Shown: piece after piece, positions 6,241-14,591 of the stretch
Numbering within the stretch: the first letter of the stretch is position 1
How the letters are laid out: each line of letters begins with the position of its first letter
DNA from: Candidatus Micrarchaeia archaeon
GTDB lineage: Archaea; Micrarchaeota; Micrarchaeia; CAILAH01
Reading direction: 5' to 3'
DNA length: 22,258 bases
Assembly: GCA_049970015.1 (NCBI GenBank)
Contig: JBMFNT010000012.1
Coordinates: 1-22,258, forward strand
Notes under the pieces: generated by a model
Seen by the model: only the letters and a program-made list of their open reading frames with translations
Told to the model about the DNA's origin: nothing
The model's database searches: none
Made by a program: the position numbers and the translations under genes

Positions 6241-7666
6241 GCTGGCTTACCTTCGAGCTGATACACTTATATCCAAGTAGCCTTAGCATATCGCATTCTA
6301 ATGATGCACGAACACCATCCTTGCACACAATTATGTAAAGAATAGTTTTATCGAGCGTGTCTATATCTATTGTATCTTTATCAAGATCAATTACCTTGTA
6401 TGTATCTATAGTTACATTTGTGTCCCTATTATGATCAATTACCCTATATGTATCTATAGTTACATTTGTATCCCCATCATAATCAATTACCTTATATGTA
6501 TCCATAGTTACATTTCTCCCCTCTCCCCCTCTCCCAACTAATCTGTTTCTCTCTTCACCAATCTTTTCAACAACTCCCTTTACTTTCTCATACTCTTGCT
6601 CAAGCTCCCAAAAACTTGCATTTGTCTTTACACTTCCTTTTGATATATTACACACCTCACCAACACATATTGATTTCTCAAATGTACCAATCTTTCTTGC
6701 AATATCTATTATTTCATCCTTATTCATTCCCAACAACGGTCTGAAAACAACTACCTCATTACTCTTGCTGAGAACCCACAAATTTTTTATGGTTTGTGTT
6801 GAAACCTGGCCAATACTTTCACCAGTAACTATGCCGTAAGCCCTTTTCTTTTTGCACAGCTCATTTGCAATCCAATACATTGCCTTTTTTAATACAAGTT
6901 GTCTGTACGATGGTTTTACAGCTGATTTTATCCTATTCACAATTTCACTCCCGTCATACTCAATAAACTCAGGGGTTATACCCTTGGCCCAAACAAGCAG
7001 TCTTTCATAAACATCAAACACCCTTCTTTTGTTATCCTCCCCACCAAGATTGACAAACGCAAAAACTGGAGTACACCCTCTTTTCATCATCATCCATGTA
7101 GCGACAGGAGAATCTATACCACCTGAGAAAAGCACAACAACCTTACCTGCAGATCCAATGGGAAGCCCGCCAGGACCGTTCACAACTTCATCATACAAAA
7201 AACACTCATCATTCCTTATCTCAACAAATATCTCTATTTCATATTTCTTGAAATCTACTATTCCACCCATCATCTCAAGCGCCTTTCCAACAGTTCTTTG
7301 CACATCGATTGAAGTAAAATGATGATTACCTTCTCTTTTTGCAGTTACTCTAAACGTTTTTCCATTTACTTTATCCCCAAAAAATCCACATACACTTTCT
7401 GCAACATCTTCCAAGCATCCAAACTTCATTCTGTATGCTTTTGCATAATATTGCACCCCAAACACATATCTTATTTCATCAACAAGCCGTTGTAATGCAT
7501 ATTCATCCTTTGGCATTAATACTATTCTGCCACCCAAGTTTTCATGCTCAAATTCAGCAATGCTCTTAATATTATTTATTAGCAACCGTTCCAGGCCTTT
7601 TCGTGTCACTGCTCCTTTTGTACCTATCTCTGAGTATGCAACCAACACAACCTCATTTGAGCCCAT
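6209..7666 (-). CDS. thiI: tRNA 4-thiouridine synthase (THUMP + PP-loop + C-terminal rhodanese-like domain)
   Basis: YSEIGTKG, GPGGLPIG, LFSGGIDSPVA, VTGESIGQVSTQT, RPLLGMNKDEI, and C-terminal IIVCKDGVRA. ATG at 7666 with GAGG SD. The 3' end overlaps rtcA convergently by 32 bp. Confidence 0.95.
   Translation of the reverse strand: MGSNEVVLVAYSEIGTKGAVTRKGLERLLINNIKSIAEFEHENLGGRIVLMPKDEYALQRLVDEIRYVFGVQYYAKAYRMKFGCLEDVAESVCGFFGDKVNGKTFRVTAKREGNHHFTSIDVQRTVGKALEMMGGIVDFKKYEIEIFVEIRNDECFLYDEVVNGPGGLPIGSAGKVVVLFSGGIDSPVATWMMMKRGCTPVFAFVNLGGEDNKRRVFDVYERLLVWAKGITPEFIEYDGSEIVNRIKSAVKPSYRQLVLKKAMYWIANELCKKKRAYGIVTGESIGQVSTQTIKNLWVLSKSNEVVVFRPLLGMNKDEIIDIARKIGTFEKSICVGEVCNISKGSVKTNASFWELEQEYEKVKGVVEKIGEERNRLVGRGGEGRNVTMDTYKVIDYDGDTNVTIDTYRVIDHNRDTNVTIDTYKVIDLDKDTIDIDTLDKTILYIIVCKDGVRASLECDMLRLLGYKCISSKVSQLSKILPSHHN
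6386..6515 (-). repeat. 48-bp in-frame tandem repeat (about 3 units) in thiI, each carrying the 16-bp near-palindrome (copies 4-6)
   Basis: Motif at 6401-6416, 6449-6464 and 6497-6512 (TGTATCCATAGTTACA); peptide NVTMDTYKVIDYDGDT / NVTIDTYRVIDHNRDT / NVTIDTYKVIDLDKDT. Confidence 0.92.
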
Positions 7667-7720
7667 AATAATCCTCGATATGATAAACATAATAAACCTT
7701 ATTATTACAAAGAAAGTGTA

Positions 7721-9664
7721 ATGTGTGGCATATTTATTTGTGAAAAAGGATATGCGTACGTAAGTAATGCTGTTGAGGCTATAAGGCATAGGGGAACTAA
7801 ATGTGGAAGCACTGAGAGGGACAATTACCTATTTTTTCATATGCTTCATTCAATAGTTGGCAATGTCACCCAACCGCTTAATGGAAAGGGAACACTAGTT
7901 GCAAACTGTGAAATATACAACTGGAAAGAGCTTGCTAACAAGCACGGCATAACATGCAGGAATGATGCAGAATTATTATTTAGGTTACTGGAAGATACCG
8001 ATATCCTTAACCCAGAGAACGTTCTTAATTTACTTGACTCGCTTGATGGTGATTTTGCATGTGTTTATTACAGGGATGGTGTTTTTGTATTATTCAGGGA
8101 CATTTTTGGTGTAAATCCACTATTCTATTCCACAGACCCTTTTATTATATGCTCTGAGCGTAAAGCAGCACCATTTACTAGAGAGTTACACCCACGCCAG
8201 ATAATCTTTTATGATACAAATGGTAGGAAAAAAACAGTAATACATAATACTTTTGATAGATTACTTTCAAACAAGAAAAATCCATCGTATGAATCAGTAA
8301 AATCATCATTGCTGGATGCAATCGATAAAAGGATCACAGAATCAAATTTTGGAATTTTGTTTTCCTGTGGTATAGATTCATTGTTGATTGCACTCCGCAT
8401 GCAGGAGTTAGGTAAAAATCCAGTATTGTACACAACATATGTTTCAGACTCTAGCTCTGAAGACATAAAGTATGTTGAGAAGTTTGTAGATGAATACTCT
8501 TTTACCCACAAACTGGTTGAAGTATCAAATGATGAAATTGATGCATCAGTCTCAAAGGTTTGTGATATAATAGAGAGTACTGACCCAATAAAAGTAAGCA
8601 TAGCACTGCCATTATTCTTTGCATGCAACAGTGCTGGAAAAGGAGGACATAACAAAGTCATTTATTCCGGTCTTGGTGCAGATGACATATTCTGTGGTTA
8701 TGCGCGTTTTCGTGATAGCACAAACATCCACAATGAACAATTGAGCTCGGTTCGGGCACTGTATGAGCGCGATCTTTACAGAGACAATACGATAGCAATG
8801 AGCCAAAGGCTTGAGCTTCGTGTACCTTTTCTTGACAAATCTCTCTTTTTACATGCATATTACTTGGATGAGAAAGAGTTGTATGGGAAGCATATACTGC
8901 GCAGGATACTCAAAGAGCATTACAGGCTTGATAAGATGTTTTATGATAGACCAAAACGCGCTGTGCAGTATGGCTCAGGCTTCATGGAAGTGCTTAGGAA
9001 ACTCTCAAAACCTTATAATAAACAAGTTGGCAAATATATTTTCAGCAAACATCCCAAGAAATACCTACGCTTGGCAGCATTGTACACGGGTGGCAAGGAC
9101 AGCGCTTATGCAATTTATTTAATGAAAAGCATGAATTATGATATTGTAAGCCTTGTTTCAATGATACCCTCTAACAAATATTCGTACATGTACCACTCTC
9201 CTGATGTAAACATAATAGAGAACCATTCAGTGCGTATGGGTATTCCACTAATTGTATTCAACAGCAGCGGTGTAAAGGAAGAGGAGGTAGTTGATTTGGA
9301 AAATGCATTACAGGAAACAATAGATAAGCATAATATTGAAGGTGTCATAACAGGGGCGATATGCTCAGACTATCAGAGAACAAGGATCGAAAGGGTATGT
9401 GAGAAGATAGGTATTCGCATGTTCTCTCCATTATGGCACGTTGACCAGGAGACATATCTACGCAATCTTGTAAACACAGGGTTTGTTTTTAAGATAGTTT
9501 CAGTTTCTGCGGATGGCCTTGACGATTCATGGGTTGGTAAGAAAATATCAAAAGACAACATAGATGGATTTATAGACAAATGCAAGGCACATAAAATAAA
9601 CATTGCTGGTGAAGGAGGAGAGTATGAAACAGAAGTAGTTTCTTCACCTCTTTTTGATATGTAA
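7721..9664 (+). CDS. Fusion of an asparagine synthetase B-like protein (Ntn glutaminase + PP-loop synthetase) and diphthine-ammonia ligase (Dph6/DUF71)
   Basis: N-part: MCGIF, HRG, NCEIYN, DGDFA, RDIFGVNPL, SCGIDS, SGLGADDIFCGY, ELRVPFLD. C-part: LYTGGKDS, SYMYH, GAICSDYQ, SPLW, GEGGEYET. Confidence 0.93.
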   Translation: MCGIFICEKGYAYVSNAVEAIRHRGTKCGSTERDNYLFFHMLHSIVGNVTQPLNGKGTLVANCEIYNWKELANKHGITCRNDAELLFRLLEDTDILNPENVLNLLDSLDGDFACVYYRDGVFVLFRDIFGVNPLFYSTDPFIICSERKAAPFTRELHPRQIIFYDTNGRKKTVIHNTFDRLLSNKKNPSYESVKSSLLDAIDKRITESNFGILFSCGIDSLLIALRMQELGKNPVLYTTYVSDSSSEDIKYVEKFVDEYSFTHKLVEVSNDEIDASVSKVCDIIESTDPIKVSIALPLFFACNSAGKGGHNKVIYSGLGADDIFCGYARFRDSTNIHNEQLSSVRALYERDLYRDNTIAMSQRLELRVPFLDKSLFLHAYYLDEKELYGKHILRRILKEHYRLDKMFYDRPKRAVQYGSGFMEVLRKLSKPYNKQVGKYIFSKHPKKYLRLAALYTGGKDSAYAIYLMKSMNYDIVSLVSMIPSNKYSYMYHSPDVNIIENHSVRMGIPLIVFNSSGVKEEEVVDLENALQETIDKHNIEGVITGAICSDYQRTRIERVCEKIGIRMFSPLWHVDQETYLRNLVNTGFVFKIVSVSADGLDDSWVGKKISKDNIDGFIDKCKAHKINIAGEGGEYETEVVSSPLFDM

Positions 9665-9705
9665 TGGTTATAAAATTTTATGTAGATTTTACGTTTGTGA
9701 TAGCC

Positions 9706-10362
9706 ATGGAAACCGTGGTTTTTGAGTCATTGTACAACCAGCTTTTGGCAAGCATTATACTGTATTTGCCAAATGTTCTGGCGGCCATTGCAATTTTGAT
9801 AGTTGGTTTCGTTTTTGGCAAAGTGATTTATAATGTTTTGAAAGGCATGTTGCAGAAGGCAAACGCTGATAAATACATAAAGTTTCCAACCACATTCAGG
9901 ATTTCAGAGTTCATACCATTTGTAGTAAAATGGTACATATACTTAGCATTCATAAGTGTTGCATTTTCGAGTGAAGTACTGGGCATCCCTACGCTTTCTG
10001 AATGGATTTCTAGCATAATGCTATTCATACCAAACGTAATAGGAGCTAGCCTTGTCCTATTTGTTGGGTATGTAATTGGTGAATGGTTAAAAGAGGTAAT
10101 TTCATCAAGGGATACTTTCTACTCAAACATTGCTGGCAACACAGTTCTTTTTATAGTAGTATACGTTGCGCTTTCAATGGCATTGTCCATACTCTCAGTT
10201 CCAACAACCCTCATAGACTCTATACTCATAATAGTTGTGGCATCTGTGGGGCTGGGTATTGCCATAGCCATCGGCCTCGGTTTGAAAGACCTAGTTAGAG
10301 AAATCTCCATGTCAGCATATGAGTCCTACAAACCAGAGCTGCAGAAGAAGTTGAAAAAGTAA
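9706..10362 (+). CDS. Membrane protein with repeated conserved TM-helix units (MscS-associated/CmpX-like)
   Basis: Two copies of (Y/F)(L/I)PNV..A..(I/V)L.VG, several hydrophobic segments and terminal AIAIGLGLKD. The ATG at 9706 follows GTGA; alternative start at 9664. Confidence 0.85.
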   Translation: METVVFESLYNQLLASIILYLPNVLAAIAILIVGFVFGKVIYNVLKGMLQKANADKYIKFPTTFRISEFIPFVVKWYIYLAFISVAFSSEVLGIPTLSEWISSIMLFIPNVIGASLVLFVGYVIGEWLKEVISSRDTFYSNIAGNTVLFIVVYVALSMALSILSVPTTLIDSILIIVVASVGLGIAIAIGLGLKDLVREISMSAYESYKPELQKKLKK

Positions 10363-10387
10363 AAAACTTTTTTTTCAAATCTTTTTT

Positions 10388-10849
10388 GTGAAACTTCTTT
10401 TTGATGAAATGCTTGGGAACACCGCAAGCTGGGTCAGGATACTGGGTATAGATTCAGCATATGTGCGCGATATGGATGATGATTCAGTAATAAGGCTTGC
10501 AAAACGCCAGAACCGCATTCTTATCACACGTGATAAACTGCTTGCTGAGAAAGGGCAAAGTAAAGGGGTAAGAACAATTCTCCTAAAAACAACAGATATT
10601 ACGGAACAGCTATGTACTCTTAGAAACACATTAAACCTAAAGTTTGGCTTCCCTGATAGGACGAGATGCCCTGGGTGTAACATGCCTCTTAAAATCACTG
10701 GCAAAGATAATGTTAAAGAGATAATCCCAAGAAATGTTTTGGCAAGGCATAGAAAGTTCTGGTTTTGTAAAAAATGCAACAAGGCATACTGGGAGGGAAG
10801 CCACTGGAAAAATATACTACGCATGTTTAGGAAAATCTCATCATGCTGA
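10388..10849 (+). CDS. Mut7-C family PIN-domain RNase with Zn ribbon
   Basis: LLFDEMLG...RILGID, RILITRD, RCPGCN, FWFCKKCNKAYWEGSH. Confidence 0.93.
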   Translation: MKLLFDEMLGNTASWVRILGIDSAYVRDMDDDSVIRLAKRQNRILITRDKLLAEKGQSKGVRTILLKTTDITEQLCTLRNTLNLKFGFPDRTRCPGCNMPLKITGKDNVKEIIPRNVLARHRKFWFCKKCNKAYWEGSHWKNILRMFRKISSC

Positions 10850-13462
10850 ACTACTCACTCTTCCCATAGCAATCCTTTCATTACCCCCTCCCTTACCCCC
10901 ACCATATCTCTTAAACACACGTTCCATTTCCTCCCGTGCATTTTTCCCTGATGATGGCCCAGCAACAGACACAATAATCCCTTCCTTGTTTATCATTACC
11001 GCCCATCCATTTCTCTTTATTATTTCCTCTCCTATTTTTACCATAATCCTCTTATCATAATCAATTTCTGCAAACCCACTAATTCTGCCAGCCTCAATCT
11101 TTGCAATAACCTCATCACATCTCTCAATCTCCTTCCCTCTCTCCTTCCACTCATCAAAGAACTTTTTTGTGGTTCGCGGCAGATCAAAGTAAGAAACAGA
11201 GTAAACAGAGCTGGCCTCATACAACACATTCTCAATCTTTTGTACATAATCAATCGCAGCCCTTCCCGCACAGTATGTAATTCTCACAACTCCATCTTGT
11301 ATTCTTTCAGTTTTCATTACTTTAAACATACCAATTTCTCTTGTATTTTTAACATGCAGCCCACCACAGGCCTCAACATCAACTCCTTTTACATTAACAA
11401 CCCTGATTTTCTTACCAGGAGATCCACCACCCTGATATAAAACAAACCCGTACTTGCTTTCGGCATCTTTTCTATCATACTCTTTTATTTCAACATCCAC
11501 TCCATTCAGTATAATCTCATTAACAATCTTCTCAATTAATGCAATCTCTTCACGGCTTATGTTCTTATAATGTGTTATATCTAATGTTGCCTTATCAATA
11601 TCCTTATGTGCTCCGGCCTGCCAAACGTGTCTTCCAAGCACTTTTCTGCAGACACCTCCTAGTATATGTGTTGCTGTGTGATGCCTTTTTAGGGCCTCTC
11701 TTCTTTCCCTGTTCACGATACACTTAACCCTCATACCTTTGCTGAATTTCTGTGGGTTCTTTACTTTATGGAATATAACACCAGAGTACTTATAGACACC
11801 TTCCACTTCAACCCCATCAATAGTTCCAGTGTCATATACTTGCCCACCACTCTCAGGATAAAAACACGTTCTGTCTAGCACAAGCGCATTTTTTTGAATT
11901 CCAATCACAGTTGCATTACATTCCAACACATCTTCATAATACAATATATCCGTCCTTTCATACCCTTCAGGGTTGAATAGCATTTCCTCCTCACTAGTTT
12001 TTTGGAATATGTGTTTTTCAGTAAGCTTTGAGTAGAAATCCTCTGGAACATCAATCTTAATCCCACTCTTTCTAGATACCTCTCTTATTATTTCAGGTGT
12101 TACTCCATTTGATTCATACTCACTTGCAAGCATTTCGTAAGTAAATCCACCCCTCTTTGAAATTTCAACAACCCTTTTTTCAGCCCTTTCAACAGTTGAT
12201 CTGTACTTTGAAACCTCCGTATCTATTATATCATGGAGTGATTCTTTCACATCCACAATCTCAGGAAACATCGGATTAAGATATTCGATGTGCTTTAATG
12301 CAACATCTTCTAACCCGAACGGTAGCCCATACTTTTCAATGAAAGATTGTGCCCTCCTCAGTACAACCCTTAGGTTATACCCTCCCCCTACATTGCTCGG
12401 TATTCCTCCATCCGCAAGCGCAAAGACAAGCGTTTTGGTATGGTCAGCTATTGCATAAATTCCTTCAATGGGCCCCAACTTTTTATCAAGTTCTTCTTCC
12501 GATACCCCTAGCTGTTCAGAGATGTTTTTCCTTATCTTGGCAATATCTGTGTGCTGGTCAACATCAAGCTTTCCTGCAAGCGCATAATACTTCATATGTA
12601 TGTTTTTATCATATTTTATCCCAGCCTTTTTGAGCATCCATTCCACAGCATAGCCAAGGTTGGCATCATAACTTGTTGGTGCATGACTATCATACCATAC
12701 AAGCCGCTCAAACCCCCACCCCACATCTATTACCTTCATATTAATTTCCTGAATACTGTTTCCAACCTTTGCATATTCAGTAAATACAGAATTGACAAGC
12801 TCCACACCATCCACAAATGTTTCAATACATGGTCCAAAGGAGCTCAGGTCAGGCATTGCCCACACGTCCTCTTTATACTTCAGCTTTTCCTTTGGTATTT
12901 TCAACACCTCTGTGAGAAACCCAAAATTAAGGTCAATACACCTATCTTTCCAATATGCACCTTTGCTGCCATCAAGAAAAGAGTGTTGCCCAGCCATTAT
13001 AAAGCTCGTGTGATGTCTCCCAGTGATTCCGACATTAGGTATATCAGGAAACCTTAAACACATTTGCGGTACAACAAGAGGGTTTGCCGTATATTCCCAA
13101 ACAACCTTTCCTTGCTCCAGACGCATAAAATCTACTATGCTTGCAATTGTAAAATATAGGTCAGGCCTCCAGCGGGCAATTACAGGGTACCTATTTATCA
13201 CTACATGCCCATTTTTCTCAAAGTAGTTTGCAAACCGCTTCCACATTCCAATGTAATCTCCCTCTCTCCAGTTTTCCATGAGAAATGAGTATGGCTCACA
13301 TTCAGAATCCCCGCAAGTATCACTTTCTGCAATACTCCAGAAGTATGAACCACATTTTTTACATTTCCTTCTCTGAAATCCTTCCCTATTAAACAGCTCT
13401 ACAGAATAGTGCTTTTTATAATCGCGTGAGAACTCTCGTCTAAGATCCTCTTTCTCCATCAT
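10841..13462 (-). CDS. alaS: Alanyl-tRNA synthetase, archaeal type
   Basis: N-terminal CKKC Zn motif, RYPVIARWRPDLYFTIASI, DVGWGFERL, IADH, editing motifs HTATH and EACGGLH, C-terminal GGKGGG. Confidence 0.98.
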   Translation of the reverse strand: MMEKEDLRREFSRDYKKHYSVELFNREGFQRRKCKKCGSYFWSIAESDTCGDSECEPYSFLMENWREGDYIGMWKRFANYFEKNGHVVINRYPVIARWRPDLYFTIASIVDFMRLEQGKVVWEYTANPLVVPQMCLRFPDIPNVGITGRHHTSFIMAGQHSFLDGSKGAYWKDRCIDLNFGFLTEVLKIPKEKLKYKEDVWAMPDLSSFGPCIETFVDGVELVNSVFTEYAKVGNSIQEINMKVIDVGWGFERLVWYDSHAPTSYDANLGYAVEWMLKKAGIKYDKNIHMKYYALAGKLDVDQHTDIAKIRKNISEQLGVSEEELDKKLGPIEGIYAIADHTKTLVFALADGGIPSNVGGGYNLRVVLRRAQSFIEKYGLPFGLEDVALKHIEYLNPMFPEIVDVKESLHDIIDTEVSKYRSTVERAEKRVVEISKRGGFTYEMLASEYESNGVTPEIIREVSRKSGIKIDVPEDFYSKLTEKHIFQKTSEEEMLFNPEGYERTDILYYEDVLECNATVIGIQKNALVLDRTCFYPESGGQVYDTGTIDGVEVEGVYKYSGVIFHKVKNPQKFSKGMRVKCIVNRERREALKRHHTATHILGGVCRKVLGRHVWQAGAHKDIDKATLDITHYKNISREEIALIEKIVNEIILNGVDVEIKEYDRKDAESKYGFVLYQGGGSPGKKIRVVNVKGVDVEACGGLHVKNTREIGMFKVMKTERIQDGVVRITYCAGRAAIDYVQKIENVLYEASSVYSVSYFDLPRTTKKFFDEWKERGKEIERCDEVIAKIEAGRISGFAEIDYDKRIMVKIGEEIIKRNGWAVMINKEGIIVSVAGPSSGKNAREEMERVFKRYGGGKGGGNERIAMGRVSSSA

Positions 13463-13491
13463 TATTTTTGTGTTGAAAAACTTTATATACC

Positions 13492-13722
13492 ATGGAGTAC
13501 AAACATTATATGATGAAAGAGGCTGTTTATATAGCAGGCATATTATTTTTCCTAATCGTAGCCATAATCCTCATCTATCAAGTTACAACTGTGCCTATGA
13601 GTACCCTTCCGGCCACTGTTGCAATAATCAGTGGTGTTTATGTGCCATCCCCCTTGCTATTTATATCAATATTCTCCTTGGTTACAATCCTTCTTCTAAG
13701 CATTGTAAGAATGCTGCGCTGA
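13492..13722 (+). CDS. Small two-TM membrane protein
   Basis: 76-aa ORF with two hydrophobic segments, divergent from alaS; exact start uncertain. Confidence 0.6.
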   Translation: MEYKHYMMKEAVYIAGILFFLIVAIILIYQVTTVPMSTLPATVAIISGVYVPSPLLFISIFSLVTILLLSIVRMLR

Positions 13723-13729
13723 TTTCCCA

Positions 13730-14205
13730 TCAAAGATACAGGGCTATTTTCTCAAGTAGCTCAAACCCTTTCTCATAGGCTTCAGAAAGCTTTGTGGAGA
13801 TGGTCAGACTTCGAAAACAAGGCAAAAAATGTGGTTTACCATGATTCAAATCAATTTGGAGAGATAGCTATCAAGAGACACGGAGACATTGATGGAAAAA
13901 TCAAGACTCTGATGTTGAATACAACACGCTCAATTACAAAAACAGATGTCAAGAAGAAAGAAAGGAAGAAAGCAAGACTTTATGAAAAGATATCTAATGC
14001 CAGAAAATTTTGGCAAGTCAATCAACAATGCTGGATGGCACATGTTTGCAAATATGCTTTGCTACAAAGCGGAAAAGGCTGGTTGCAGAGTTGTATCTGT
14101 AAACCCAAAACACAGGAATGCAGCAATTGCGGAACTTTAGTCAAAAAAACTCAATGAAAGGATGCATGAGTGCCCTTTCTGCGGGTTAGTGATACATAGA
14201 GATTT
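13730..14205 (+). pseudogene. tnpB: TnpB (IS200/IS605 RNA-guided nuclease) remnant, frameshifted and internally deleted
   Basis: Fragments in changing frames: LFSQVAQTLSHRLQKAL, RKQGKKCGLP*FKS, GEIAIKRHGDIDGKIKTL, ARLYEKISNAR, KSINNAGWHMFANMLCYKAEKAGCRVVSVNP, TQECSNCG, CPFCGLVIHRD. Confidence 0.9.
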
Positions 14206-14301
14206 TCATAGGCTTCGTGGCTTCCCCTCATTTCTGAAGTGTCATTGCCAGCCAGCCGTTCACATGTCATAATGCATGCACTCGCAAGCACCCCCTCTTG
14301 C

Positions 14302-14448
14302 AAAGCAGAAATGCAAGTTATGTCATGATCACCCGAACATAGAGAGGCCACGTTATCTGCAAACAGCTTTTCAAAAGCAGAAATGCAAGTTATGTCATGA
14401 TCACCCGAACATAGAGAGGCCACGGTTATCTGCAAACAGCTTTTCAAA
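14302..14448. repeat. 72/73-bp direct tandem duplication
   Basis: AAAGCAGAAATGCAAGTTATGTCATGATCACCCGAACATAGAGAGGCCACG(G)TTATCTGCAAACAGCTTTTCA starts at 14302 and 14374; the copies differ by one G. Confidence 0.95.
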
Positions 14449-14591
14449 TGTTGGGAAGCCACTAACTTCAAAACACACCTCTCGGAGTGTTTCAACACCG
14501 CTTGCCTTATGGTTTAGTTCACGTTCGGCATAGATGTAAGCGGGTCTTCTTTCGCAATTATTTTTATAAATTGCCAGTATAAGATAAAAGC

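Larger units (their letters stand above)
13730..14522 (+). mobile_element. Degenerate IS200/IS605-family element including right end/omegaRNA region
   Basis: The tnpB remnant is followed by GGGAAGCCACTAACTTCA...TAGTTCAC (ends 14522), resembling IS605-group right ends. No tnpA is seen and the left end is not defined. Confidence 0.65.

Noticed and set aside
6386..6515. thiI repeat as a CRISPR array
   Set aside because: It has an in-frame 48-bp period and the intervening sequences are related to each other rather than unique spacers.
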